From NCBI GenBank assembly GCA_963693365.1, contig CAVNZM010000011.1:5289921-5353920 (forward strand): a stretch of DNA of 64,000 bases, written 5' to 3'. Shown in pieces: positions 12,714 to 24,396 of the stretch (position 1 is the first letter of the stretch; each line of letters starts with the position of its first letter). The notes beneath the pieces were generated by a model. The model searched no databases. It was not told where the DNA came from and saw only the letters and a program-made list of their open reading frames with translations. The translations under genes were made by a program, and so were the position numbers. This DNA comes from Amoebidium appalachense. Taxonomy: Eukaryota > Protista > Ichthyosporea.

Positions 12714-13882
12714 CCCGCCCCCGGCCCCCCGCCCTCCCGGATCCCCCTCTCCTCCTGCTCCTCTTCCCTCTCTTTGTGATTGGGATGTGTCTCTCTGTAC
12801 GTTGCTCTGTTCCAAGTCCATTTTGGGAATTTGCCCGACTCATGAACCCCCCCCCCCCCCCCCCCTCCCTCTCGGTCCCCCCAGTTGAACGCATTCTCAA
12901 GTGGGGTGCCCTCCTTCTTCTGTACGCCTGCGGTGCCGTTGCCTATATGACTAAGTTCCCTGAGAGCGTCTTCCCCGGCAAGTTTGACATTTGGGTAATG
13001 GTTCCCCCCCTCTATTTAGAAGATTGTGATTTCGGTCTATATCCCAAGACCAGCCTTCAACTCAACCCTGCCGGTTCCTCCCCCTCTGTCCCCTACCTCG
13101 ACTTGCATATCACCTGCACTAATCACGGCATTCACACAACCATCTACAACAAGCTCGACACACCCACGTTCAATACACTAGACATCGTTCGTTTCCCACA
13201 TCACGACTCATTCATCTCCCGCACTGCAAAATACGGCATCATGACAAGTCAAATGCATAGCTACCAGCGCAAATGCTCCACACTTGCTGCATTCACCACA
13301 TGCACTGCACGACTTGCTAAAACATTGCTTAACAAAGGCTACTCGTTTAGACTCTTGCACCACAAAATGCACAGCTTTCTCGCCACACACCCGCACATAT
13401 ACCGTGGCGTTCACTCCTCTCACATACTCTCCATCATCACTAAAAAGATCAACACTCCCTAGTCCCCCACTCTATCCCGGTTCCCCCCCCCCCCCCCCCC
13501 CCCTCCCCCCCCCCCCCTACCAGCCCCTACCACCTCCCCCCCCCCCCCCCTCCCCCCCCCCCTCCCCTCTCTCTCTCCCTCTCTCTCTCCCTCTCCCTCT
13601 CTCTCCCTCCCTCTCTCTCTCTCTGTCTCCCTCTCTCGCTCTCTTTCGTTCTCTCTCGTTCTCTCCCTCCCTCTCTCTCTCTCTCCCTCTCCCCCTCTCT
13701 CCCCCTCTCCCCCCCCTCTTCCCCTCCCCCCCCCCCCCCCCCCCCCCCCCCCTCTCTCTCTCCCCCCGCTCCTTTTCCCAAACAATTCCCCCGCCGTTCT
13801 TCTTTCTCAGCCGGCTAGGTTTTTTGGGTTGCCTGGTAAGTTTTGAAATGGAGGTCTCGTCTCTGATCTGTCCACCACAGGT

Positions 13883-13927
<45 letters not shown>

Positions 13928-13958
13928 CTCCCTCCCTCCCTCCCCTCCCTTCCCTCCC

Positions 13959-13996
<38 letters not shown>

Positions 13997-14520
13997 CCCC
14001 TTCTCCTCCCCCCCCCCCCCCCCCCCCCCCCCCCTTCCCCTCCCTACCTTCTTTTTCCCCCCCTTCCCCCCCCCCCCCCCCCTGGCCAAACCCTGTATAC
14101 ACTCTTCTCATCAGCAGGTCTCTAACCCACTCTGCAGAACGTTTTACGCATTTCTCCCCTCGGAGAACTTGGTCGTTGGTGCGTTTTTGTCTGACATCTA
14201 ACGACTCTGCAGGGTCCCCTGAGACTACTGACACTCTAACATTCCCTCCCCTCTCTTACTTCCCCCCCCCCCCTCCCCCTTTCCCTCCTCCTTCCCCTCC
14301 CATTTTCTCTGCACACCCAACAGGTCTTAACCAGATCTGCACATCGTTAGTCACAATCTTCTCACATATATGAGAGAATGATCGTATTGGTACGATTTGT
14401 CTAATATCTGACGATTCTGCAGCATCCCTAAGACCCCCCTCCCCCTCCCCTCCCCCCTCCCCCCCCCCCCCCCCCCACCTTCTCTCTCTCTCTCTCTCTC
14501 CCTCTCTCCCTCTCTCCCCC

Positions 14521-14613
<93 letters not shown>

Positions 14614-14705
14614 TTCCTCCTTTTTTTTTTTTTTTTTTTTTTTGGCGCCTGTTGTTTTGCTTGTCATTTGTTGTTCTGGTTGATTACCTGTAATCTTCGC
14701 TTATT

Positions 14706-14740
<35 letters not shown>

Positions 14741-15678
14741 TGTGCGGGGTTGCACATACCGGTGTCTACTTTTCTTCTTACTGTTTTTCTCTCCACACAC
14801 TTCATCTGTCCACTTCTGCATACCCCCTTTCATAGCTATAGACACACTTCACACATTGCGTTACGCGCACGCATGCACACACCGCTCTGTTGGCGACAGC
14901 TCCCTTGGAACCCATGCGGCATGTTACCCGCCGGCGTAACATAACTCGGACTATCGGTTTGGCTTTTTTCAAGCCCAAAGCAATGGGTGATACCATATTT
15001 CCGGCTGACATCCGGGGGCATAGCTTTCCGTTCGAAGACGATAAAGTTCCGCCCTAGTAAGCGTGTTACTACCCTGCGGCGTGGGTCAAATCTCATATTT
15101 TCCCCTCTGATTACGAATTCTGTGGCCTTCGGGACTTAATTCTTTTCAGCTGGTGTAGTATGTTAGCCAGGGAAGTATCGACTTAGGTATCGACGGGGGA
15201 GCTTCCTAGAAGCCCCGTCTCCTGAGTTCCTATCTATATTTTTCTTGCTTCTGCTTACTGCTGCAACTTTAACCCCCGGCCTTTCCCACTGCCCTTGCCT
15301 GCATAAGCAACCCTGCTCGTCTCTGATCAAGACGGGTGACCTACTCATGTTCAAGTGAAACAGTATCTGAGTTGGGTTTCGTTAACGAGGGGAATAGGTC
15401 GAAACTCGGGTACTGTGGATGACGTGGGCCCCCCCTGAGGATGGGCTCTGCTTATTATGCATACTCTTTATGTATGGCTTGCATTCTGCATCGTGTTATC
15501 CGTTTGTTCTTGTGTACTTCGTACTTTTTGACGCATTCAAAACCCCCCCCCCCCCCCCCCCCCCCCCCTTCCCCTCCCCTCCTTGATAAACCTCTGCTTA
15601 TGGTTATGATACAAAGTGCTTTTGTATGTTCTTTGCACTTTGCTCGTCATGAATGTGTACTTCGTACTTAATAACACA

Positions 15679-15722
<44 letters not shown>

Positions 15723-15906
15723 TTAACCCCACCCCCCACCCCCACCCCCACCCCACCCCCCGGGCCATCCCCCCGTCCGTCTTCCCCTGAGCGAGCACAC
15801 ACACAGATCCTCTTGCCTGTATATAAAGACCAAAGTACCATCCCGTCCAGTCCCCGTGAGCCCCCCCCCCCCTCCCCCCCCCCCCCCCCCCCCCCCTCCT
15901 TTCTTC

Positions 15907-15961
<55 letters not shown>

Positions 15962-16099
15962 ATACAAACACACACAGGGACATCTCTGATTTAGCCTGTC
16001 TAACGTGCTACTCCGTTCATTCATTCGCTTTGCATTCTCCTTCCCTTTCTTTTTCCTACCTCTAATATAGTTCTTGTGTGCTTGTTTGTGTCTGTGTGT

Positions 16100-16164
<65 letters not shown>

Positions 16165-16239
16165 CTTGGGGAGGGGAGGGGAGGCCTGTTGCTCGTTTTA
16201 CCCACCCTCTTCCCATACCTCCCCACCCTCACCCTTATC

Positions 16240-16274
<35 letters not shown>

Positions 16275-16478
16275 TGGTAACTAACCACTGTTGTTTCATG
16301 CACACAGTTGTCCAGCCACCAGCTCTGGCACACGTTTGTTCTTTTGGCTGCGTTCTGGCACTACTACACGCTGCTCCAGCTGCAAAATGAGGTCACCACC
16401 ACCACCTGCCACGCATACGCATACCCACCCACCACCCCAAATGACCTGCTGTCGGCACTCAAGCATACGTCGCTATAG
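6877..16478 (+). CDS. PAQR / AdipoR / hemolysin-III family 7-TM membrane protein, 9 coding exons
   Basis: GT-AG exons assembled by hand: 6877-7004 (acceptor at 6864, so the start may lie further upstream), 7550-7616, 8456-8519, 9456-9595, 10238-10327, 10763-10849, 11656-11740, 12885-12994, 16308-16478. The product has family motifs EVPPHATLPHILHGYP, SLFWIHNETVNQWTHLIG, STFYHTF, DYMGI, FPESVFPGKFDIW and SHQLWHTFV...HY. Confidence 0.93.
9007..9205. repeat. Intronic minisatellite, ~55-bp unit x ~3.5
   Basis: atgctgagatcagaa...atagaaccaaaaaacat..gtgaatatagtagttgc units start at about 9007, 9063, 9117 and 9173. Confidence 0.85.
11444..11536 (+). mobile_element. 5'-truncated copy of the poly-C-associated repeat (subfamily B)
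   Basis: ctgcttattatacatactctttatgtatgg...gtacttcgtactttatgacgcactcaaa, lying between C-runs. Confidence 0.8.
12240..12523 (+). mobile_element. Poly-C-associated structured repeat, subfamily A, full structured domain
   Basis: Matches 2644-2917 (-), 37509-37708 and 38028-38162; ends cattcaaa+cccc. It is bracketed by a direct repeat (about 12105-12215 and 12550-12660). Confidence 0.85.
13010..13462 (+). mobile_element. 5'-truncated Penelope-like retroelement: RT C-terminus/thumb, no downstream GIY-YIG (Naiad/Chlamys-like architecture)
   Basis: GLYPKTSLQLN...SVPYLDLHI...IHTTIYNKLD...IVRFPHHDSFIS...YGIMTSQMHSYQRKCS...F...L...LLNKGY matches the PLE RT motif E/thumb pattern. The ORF stops at 13462 without an endonuclease and starts right after a C7 run. 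Confidence 0.8.
15292..15542 (+). mobile_element. Poly-C-associated structured repeat, subfamily B, full structured domain; possible 3' end of the Penelope-like element at 13010
   Basis: Shares gcataagcaaccctgctcgtct.tgatcaagacggg, ggtcgaaactc, ctgaggatgggctctgcttat and the 3' cattcaaa+poly-C with subfamily A. A diverged fragment follows at 15591-15679. Confidence 0.8.
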
Positions 16479-16745
16479 CAGTTTTAAATTGGTGTCGGGT
16501 AAGGTTTGGGTGTGGGTGTAAGTGTGGTTTATGCGGGTTGGGCCGTTTTTTGTCGTGTGTAACATCGTGAAGGGGGTTTTTATTTTATTCCGTTTATTTT
16601 GTTTGTTTTTGTTTTATTTTATTTTATTTTGGAGTGGGGGGAGGGGGGGGGGTCTTTGAGCGGAGTTTCAGGGGGGGGGGGGTCTTTGAGCGGGGCTTCA
16701 CTTTTTGCTCTTTCTGTTCTTCTTTTTCTTTCTTTTCTTTTCTTT

Positions 16746-16781
<36 letters not shown>

Positions 16782-16960
16782 TTCCCTCCCCTTTAAAGCT
16801 CCCTCCCCTCTATGCAGGAATGTATGTTCCTGTGTCTGCCTTAATTCCCATCATGCACTTTTCTTGGTGTTGTATCGGGAATTTCGATACCAGTGTGTCT
16901 CTGGTGAATTCTTCTAGGCTCCGCCCTGGGATTTGGTGTCATTTTTTATGTACGTTCTTT

Positions 16961-17047
16961 CATTTGTAGTAGCAAAGTGAATATCCGCGCACCATCATAT
17001 CTCATTTGTAGTAGCAAGGTGAATATCCGTGCACCATCATATCTCAT
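16961..17047. repeat. 42-bp tandem duplication downstream of the PAQR gene
   Basis: catttgtagtagcaa.gtgaatatccg.gcaccatcatatct starts at 16961 and 17003. Confidence 0.85.
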
Positions 17048-17446
17048 CATGGTGGGCGCATAATAGTGGTGTAAGATAGAGCACGTGTCTGTTGCTGGAA
17101 AATAACCTGATAATGAATGCCGGTCATGTGTGGCGGCTGTAGCTGAGATTGAAAATTTAGCGTGTGCGGTGGTTTTTAGGCTGCGCACGTACGGAGGACG
17201 AGGGCATGCTCCCTGGCTGGAGTTGGACTCCCTGAGGTCCTAGGCGAGGATCTTTTTTCTTATGCAAATAAAACGGGAAAAGGATAGGTAACTTGTTGTG
17301 AGGGCCAAACTATAATTAATTGATTATTCGATTGTATGGGCGGTTCCTGAGGGATTGTGCCCAACATTGTGTTCGGTTCGTATTAGGTTGGCAGCAGGTG
17401 TTTTTTTTTCCTTTAGATAGTTATCCCCTCGGCCACGGGTCTGCAG

Positions 17447-17478
<32 letters not shown>

Positions 17479-18217
17479 TTTCCCCCCAAATATTAATCCC
17501 GGATGGTTTGGCCCAGTGGGCGGTGTGTGCTGTACATGTATCTTTTTTATTGATTTATAAACCCGTTTTGTTGTTGTTGATCGTGTGTGGTGCGTGTGGT
17601 GTGATTGCGTCATATGGGGTAAAATACCATCAAATAGTAGCCAATAGGATACGAGCCTGGCGCTCCATATATAATCAATATATATAATGCGTTGTTTGCC
17701 GGACCTCAAATCCGGAATTTGGAGGGGACCAAAGGCCATTTTGTGAGGCATCAAAAACCATCGAAACGTTGCTTAGTTGTTTTTATGACATCAAAATCGC
17801 TAAATATTCTTGCGATACTAATGAAAAAGCCTAAAATAACTATATATTTGATAATGAGAAAATTGAAATATAGTGCCGTAAAGTTGGGCCCGAGAGGATG
17901 TACGTACTCGGGGCTTTGAAATAAAAAGAAAAAAACCAGCGGTTTCGGATTCACTGTGAACGCGCTGGGCTGAATGACGGCAGAGATCAAGTGATTCCCG
18001 TATACGTATCAAAACTGTTTTGGTTTCTAACCCAGAATGGAACGCACCTTTTTTAGAGAAATTCGGCGACATTTGTTTTACAACGTATTATATCATTGGT
18101 ATAACGACACTTTGAAAATTTTAATGTAATAGAACTACCAATCCAATCACAAAAACCTCAAAGGTCTGCTAACACCGGTTTAGGGGGACACGGGGATGAG
18201 GACGGTAAATTCTATAT

Positions 18218-18258
<41 letters not shown>

Positions 18259-18412
18259 GGCCTGTGGCACACACACACACACACACACACAAACACATGT
18301 ACATTTTAATGTTTTAATAGCAGACAGTTGTTGAAAAAAATAGAGTAAAAAACACAACTAAATCAACTCAGTAATGTGAATATGACATTTGGGGCGAGTG
18401 TAGTAGAAGGGA

Positions 18413-21049
18413 GTGGCCTTTTGGCCATCAACCATGTCAAAACTCTCTCTCCCTCCTAACCTCTCTAGGTCATCTGACCACTCTCCTATCCTTTTCCTAC
18501 CTAAGATCTCCCTTGATCTGCTCCCCCCTCCCCCTCCCACCTTTCGCCTCCGTCTATCCCAGCTTAAGTCACAGTGGGGTAGAGTTGATGTATGTGTATG
18601 CTATGCTACGAAACACCCTATATATATGCGCCTATTAGAATCTGCACAAGCCAGGCCAGATTCACATCTCGTACTAGATACATGCACTAACTTTATTGTT
18701 GATGATTTGATAGATCTCGGTGATTATGCTGGCGGTGGTAGGAAGGAATACCCCGATGCTCTCTTGTTACCAAACACCACTCCCGCTAGACTAGGTGAAC
18801 CCCTGTCTCAAAAGGAAAGCTTGCGCCGGCTTGCTAGTATGAATCGATTTGGCCCCCCTGCTCGTATTATTGGTGATACCACTGGAGACCCCCTCATAGA
18901 CTCTGATAAGTATTTCTCGGAACTGTTTAAAGATAGGACCCCCGCTCAGAAACCTATTGTGTGGCCTGTAGACCCATCTATCCCCATAGAATCGATCCTC
19001 CCCTTTTTCAGTCCCGATGCCATATGGTCTGTGATATCTAGTTATAGCTCTAGTAAGTCTTGTGGACCTGATGGACTCCCTGCTGGGTTTCTTAAAATCC
19101 TTGTTCCCTCCTACCCACAAAAGGAAAGTTATCGTGCTATTAAACCTGATCTTACTATCATGTTAAGCTCTCTCTTTTCTTGGTGTGTTAAATGTGGACA
19201 TGTCCCGTCATCTTGGTTAGATACCTTAGTGATCCCCATAGTTAAGAAGGACTCTGAGGGCCCCATATCATCCTTTCGCCCCATTACACTAACCCAGGTT
19301 GTTCGTAGATTCTTTGAAGCTTGCTTACTTAGGTTATTTGCACATCACCCTAGGTTTCAATCTATTCTTCACATACACCCATGCCAATCCGCTTTTCGTA
19401 AAAACAATTCATGTTATGTTCAAATAATGGCACTGCACGATTCTATGCAAGTTGGTGCACAATATGTTGGCTTTATTGATTGGAAAACTGCTTACGATTC
19501 TGTCTCCCCTGGTCTCCTATGGGAAAAGCTTGCTGCACGGGGTGTACCACACTGCATTGGTGTTCTGTTAGAAGCACTCTTGTCTCAAACCTATGGTAGA
19601 GCTGTGGTTAATGGGCATCTTTCATATGGTTTTGCTCGTACTAGAGGTCTCTTGCAGGGTTCATTGCTTAGCCCCTTTTTGTTTAACCTATTTATAGATG
19701 ATTTGGCTGTCAAGATTTACGCCGAAAACGATGACCCTATTAATAACTTTCCGCCTGCACTTCTCTATGCTGATGACTTGTCCCTCCTTGCCCGTACCCC
19801 TAGACGCCTGCAAAGATTGTTCGATGTAGTGTCAGAGTGGTGCAAGGCAAACCTTATGATCCTTAACATAGACAAATGTGGTGTTCTTGTACCTGATATA
19901 GCTAACAATTTACACACATTTACATTATCATCTAAACCTGTACCTATAGTTCCAGAATACAAATATCTTGGTGTTCCGGTTGATTCTGTTGGTGTTATGT
20001 TTCCCCATATGGTCGAAAAGAGGGTAGAGTTGGCTCGTAAGCGGTTAGCTTTCTTCTCGGCTAATATTTTTAAAGACACACCCCTCCATCCTTCTATTAG
20101 ACTTACATTTATTCGCACTTTTGTCTTCCCGGCATGTGAATATGGTTTACCCCTTCTCGCCGCTTGGATCAAGAAAGAGAGAACTAGAGCGCTTAAACCC
20201 TTGGCAAATTTCCTTGAAGCAGAAGTTGCCTCCTTTCTATCTAACAACTGTTGTAAACCTGGGCCTGTAACGCTCTCGATATATGGTCTGGTCCCAATAG
20301 CTGCTAGAGTATCCTATCTCGCGCTGAAATTCAATAAGCACATAAGCCGCTTAAAGAAGTATTTGCCCTCCCACCCTCTCTTCTCTATCCGACCTGTCCC
20401 CTCCTCACCTCTCCCCTCTTTCCTCCCCTCTCTCTCCCCTTCTCCCCTGGGCACAAATACAAATAAACCCCGCAATAGTGTGTGTGTGACTTTGGACTGC
20501 CACTTACTTATTAAACATGTACACAATCACAAGATAATCACGCAATATAACAAATGGAAAAAGATACCACACGACACTAGACCCGATGAAAGCATACACC
20601 TTGAAAAACTAAGCCTTATGTCTCGTTTTATATATACTGACCGCCTCAACCATATTGCCAAATATGGCACTCGCAAGTGTATAACACCTAAATACATATT
20701 ACCTTCCTGTAGAACTGGTCTTTCTCTAGCTGATGGTATTATTGATCAATTACCACGCTTTTACTGTACACGTGCTATACAGTGGAGATCTAATAAGTAT
20801 AAGGTGGCATCATCTGCATGCCCAAACAACACACACACACACCAGTTTAACCGGTCATGTATCGCCAAATGTAGTTTGATAGACCACATAATACCGCAAC
20901 ACACACACGTCACATTCACAACAGACACCCAGAAAGATAGCCTACCTGTAAATTACAACATCCTTGATTTTATACTAAACACGCGTAACTACGACCTGTT
21001 TATTAGATGTATTGATTGGCTTGAGAAACACATCACTACAAAATTATAG
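18413..21049 (+). CDS. Non-LTR retrotransposon ORF2-like reverse transcriptase (5'-truncated; only the last APE-endonuclease motif remains)
   Basis: 878-aa open frame with SDHSPI (APE C-terminal motif), KSCGPDG, FRPITL, QSAFR, FIDWKTAYDSV, RGLLQGSLLSPFLFN, LLYADD, YKYLGV and a C-terminal Cys/His region (QWR...CP...HQFNRSC..KC). Confidence 0.93.
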   Translation: MAFWPSTMSKLSLPPNLSRSSDHSPILFLPKISLDLLPPPPPTFRLRLSQLKSQWGRVDVCVCYATKHPIYMRLLESAQARPDSHLVLDTCTNFIVDDLIDLGDYAGGGRKEYPDALLLPNTTPARLGEPLSQKESLRRLASMNRFGPPARIIGDTTGDPLIDSDKYFSELFKDRTPAQKPIVWPVDPSIPIESILPFFSPDAIWSVISSYSSSKSCGPDGLPAGFLKILVPSYPQKESYRAIKPDLTIMLSSLFSWCVKCGHVPSSWLDTLVIPIVKKDSEGPISSFRPITLTQVVRRFFEACLLRLFAHHPRFQSILHIHPCQSAFRKNNSCYVQIMALHDSMQVGAQYVGFIDWKTAYDSVSPGLLWEKLAARGVPHCIGVLLEALLSQTYGRAVVNGHLSYGFARTRGLLQGSLLSPFLFNLFIDDLAVKIYAENDDPINNFPPALLYADDLSLLARTPRRLQRLFDVVSEWCKANLMILNIDKCGVLVPDIANNLHTFTLSSKPVPIVPEYKYLGVPVDSVGVMFPHMVEKRVELARKRLAFFSANIFKDTPLHPSIRLTFIRTFVFPACEYGLPLLAAWIKKERTRALKPLANFLEAEVASFLSNNCCKPGPVTLSIYGLVPIAARVSYLALKFNKHISRLKKYLPSHPLFSIRPVPSSPLPSFLPSLSPSPLGTNTNKPRNSVCVTLDCHLLIKHVHNHKIITQYNKWKKIPHDTRPDESIHLEKLSLMSRFIYTDRLNHIAKYGTRKCITPKYILPSCRTGLSLADGIIDQLPRFYCTRAIQWRSNKYKVASSACPNNTHTHQFNRSCIAKCSLIDHIIPQHTHVTFTTDTQKDSLPVNYNILDFILNTRNYDLFIRCIDWLEKHITTKL

Positions 21050-21069
21050 CGCACGCGCACACACACACA

Positions 21070-21124
<55 letters not shown>

Positions 21125-21156
21125 CCAGCTGATACCGAGTGTCCCGAGGGGAGCCC

Positions 21157-21198
<42 letters not shown>
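18413..21198 (+). mobile_element. LINE-like element with a short (CA)n-containing 3'UTR and poly(A) tail
   Basis: The stop codon is followed by (CA)n, about 35 unique nt and an A-run at 21161-21198. Confidence 0.8.
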
Positions 21199-21199
<1 letters not shown>

Positions 21200-21746
21200 G
21201 GGGAACCCCAACTAATTGATTTCTCCTTGTAGTCTTTATGGTGTCTCGTAGAGAAAGTAAACCCTGATATATAGTCACCACCCGACATCTATGTACGTGA
21301 TCATGATATACCGCTGAGGGGATATTCCGAGCAAAACCCCCCCCCCCATACCTGAGACTGGTTCTCTTTGCCTCGAGTAAACAGCGTAAACCCCAGAAGG
21401 GTTTGTGACTGATAATGATTATTTTTTTACACTAGAGCTAGCTAGGGTGATTCAAGCTGGGCGGTGGTCATTGGTAATTTGTTTTTTTTCCACATTTACA
21501 CACAAAGTAATAATCGAATAGAATATAAAAACAACTAAGAAGAAACAAACGCATACAACCTTCACTTGGCCCACACACACACATTCACACACACACAAAC
21601 ATGCACACACACACACACACACACACACATAGACGTTGAACACAATGAAAGGAAATATATCTAGAAAACACGGGTGCCATGATTGCAGTCACTGAGTATG
21701 AAAAGCATAAAAAAAAATTTTGGGGGGGCAGGGAATGGGAAGAGGG

Positions 21747-21786
<40 letters not shown>

Positions 21787-22355
21787 TGCTTTGAAGTAAA
21801 CTGAGAATAGTATAATTGCAGTACTGACTTGTGAGCATGGTATATTGACACACACCGTAGAATGATGATTTTATGTTCGGGAACATTTCGGGGGCCGGGG
21901 GTGCCAATTCCAGACTTCACTGAAATATGTTGCCCACCTGGCACTCAGTGCACGTGGAAAGTTTTATTGCCTGTCCATGCATATCATCGGGTTACCAAAC
22001 AGTTCTGTAAAACAAGTAAAACAACAAAATAATAAAAATATTATAAAAATTTTGCAAGCAATTTAGAACATATTGCACTCGGTGGTTTTCAGCTACATGT
22101 TTTTGGAGGACCACAAGTAAACTTGGTACTTCGGCAACGGCAATTTCTCCCGGCCCTAGACTGATAACACAGTGTGGCAAGAAAGGGGGGGGGGGGGGGG
22201 AGGGGTATATGGCCATATGGGGGGGGGGGGGGGGGGGGGAATGGGGGGGAGGGGGGGGGGGGGGGGGGTAAATGAAAGGGAAAAGTGTCATAACATTTGG
22301 CAGATCCAGCAACTGCAGGATTTGGGGGGGGGGGGGGGGGGGGGGGGGGGAGGAA

Positions 22356-22392
<37 letters not shown>

Positions 22393-23271
22393 CGAGGGGG
22401 CGGGGGGGGGGGGGGGGGGGGGGGAGGAAGGCGTGAGGCGGGGGGCCAGGCGGGGGGGAGGGGGGGGGGGGGGGAAGCGTGAGGCGAGGGAGGGGGGGGG
22501 GGGGGGGGGGGGAGGGGAGAGGGGAGGTAACAACCACACAACCCAACATCAATAACTGTCTCGTTATGTTTTTGCGCCGGCGACAGCCGGCGCACAGACC
22601 TACTTGTAGATGAGAAATTCAATGAGTGCGCCTACGTGTCCTGGGGACACCTTCCCGTACATCAGCCTGCGCTCTGTGCTGTGCAGAGATCCGATAGTAA
22701 AGGGTTAGGGAAACGAGTGAGTTCCCGTTAACCCCCAGTGTTGGTGTCGTGTTGCCTTTTCCCCTATAACTCCGTTCAAAGAACCCACTTCAACACACGT
22801 ATACACACAAGAGACACAACAGGGGGGGGGGGGGGGGGGGGGGGAGGGGGGGAGGGGGGGGGGGGGAGGGCAAAAGGGGGTTTTAGAATGAAAGTCAAAG
22901 CCATGTGATATAAAAATGTTGGGACTGCAATACCGCTAGCATGCCTAGCATGCTACGCCCAAATAAATTGTTGATAACTGTTGATCAAGTTGCTATGCCC
23001 AAATAAATCCTTGAATGAGGGGGGGGGGGGGGGGGGGGGGGAAGGGAGAAATTAATTATGGGGGGGGGGGGGGGGGAGGGGGGGAGGGGGGCAAAAAAGG
23101 GGCGCAAGGGGGGGGGGGGGGGGGGGAGGGACAAAGGGAGAGGGGGCGGGGGTGAGGGGCATCTTTGCCCAATCTCGAGCTCGGGAAAAACCCACAAGAG
23201 GGGGAGGAGGGGGGGGGGGGGGAGGAGGGGGGGAGGGGGGGAGAGGGAAGAAAAGAGAGTGGGGGGGTCTC

Positions 23272-23303
<32 letters not shown>

Positions 23304-23374
23304 GCTGTGACTTCGACCCCTGGAAACATCAACTCCCCTATCTTTAACCACATCTCCCTCCACACCCAGCCTGC

Positions 23375-23410
23375 GAGCGCGCGCAGCGCGCGAGCCGGAC
23401 CCCTTGTAGT
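23375..23410 (+). mobile_element. Helitron-like 3' terminus (GC hairpin, then GTAG|T)
   Basis: cgcgcg-cag-cgcgcg hairpin, ~13 nt spacer, then gtag|t (a variant of the CTRR|T end). No 5' end was identified. Confidence 0.4.
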
Positions 23411-24094
23411 ATATTTATAATATAACGGTAAACACGTGACCTGGTACGACCGATGAGAGCAATTGCTCTTTCGAAATTCGATGATTCGACATTCCCGACG
23501 GAATAGACATCTATGATAAGTAATTCGGAACTTCATGCTGTTTGCTTTGGAGTTCGGGAGTCATTTGCATTTCTAACGCTGGGTTTTTCACCATCAGCTT
23601 GGGATTAATTTTCATTTTCTCAACCTTCTTCAATCGAATGCGGGTATTGATGTGATTCTAATCTACTGTTGTAAATTTAAAAAAAAAATAAAACAATAAT
23701 AATAATCACAAGAAGTCACTAATTATGTATAGTGAGATATTCTTGCCGAATCGATGGGTCGAAATTTATCAAACATGCATACCATTGAATAAACAGAGCT
23801 ACAAACATCCAATCCGATATTCGACTCGCATCATTGCTGTAAATGACTCAAAGCCCATGGCCATAACCATTGTTTTTATATGTGTGTAGCATGTGAGTAT
23901 CAGAAGCAAAGACTTTCAAACCTTGAACCTCTTAATTATGCTTCAAAATTTGAGGCTCATTATTGTTTTAATAGGCGCAGTCGCATCGGCCCATGTCTTA
24001 CTCTCTGTCAAAGTTGAACTCATGAGAAGTTGAGACGCGTCACTCAACTTGAGAGTTGAGACTGTAGAGAGTCTAGATTGACCAATCACACGTC

Positions 24095-24150
24095 TTGTTC
24101 GTAAGAACCAATCATAGAGATGCGTCGCACTTCCCGCAAGTATATAAACA
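24095..24150 (+). promoter_or_regulatory. TATA box with upstream CCAAT, conserved between both paralogous promoters
   Basis: caagTATATAAAcat at 24141-24148 is mirrored at 29935-29942 (-); ccaatca motifs lie upstream in both copies. Confidence 0.6.
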
Positions 24151-24396
24151 TCGATCTTCCACCAACTCTCTCAGTTTCACAACTTACAAGTACAGCCAAC
24201 CCCTCCTCTCAACACAACTCCGTGCCTGTTCGCTCTTCAGATTCTCGTCGTCTCCGAGTTTGCCGTACTGCACACTGCCTTGTAGAACACGGGTCGAAGC
24301 GATTATCTGTGGTAGCCCGCACATACACAAGCAAGGTGGCACAAACCACCCATTTAGACACGATCATCTATTCTTCAACCCTCCGCCCACGCAACC

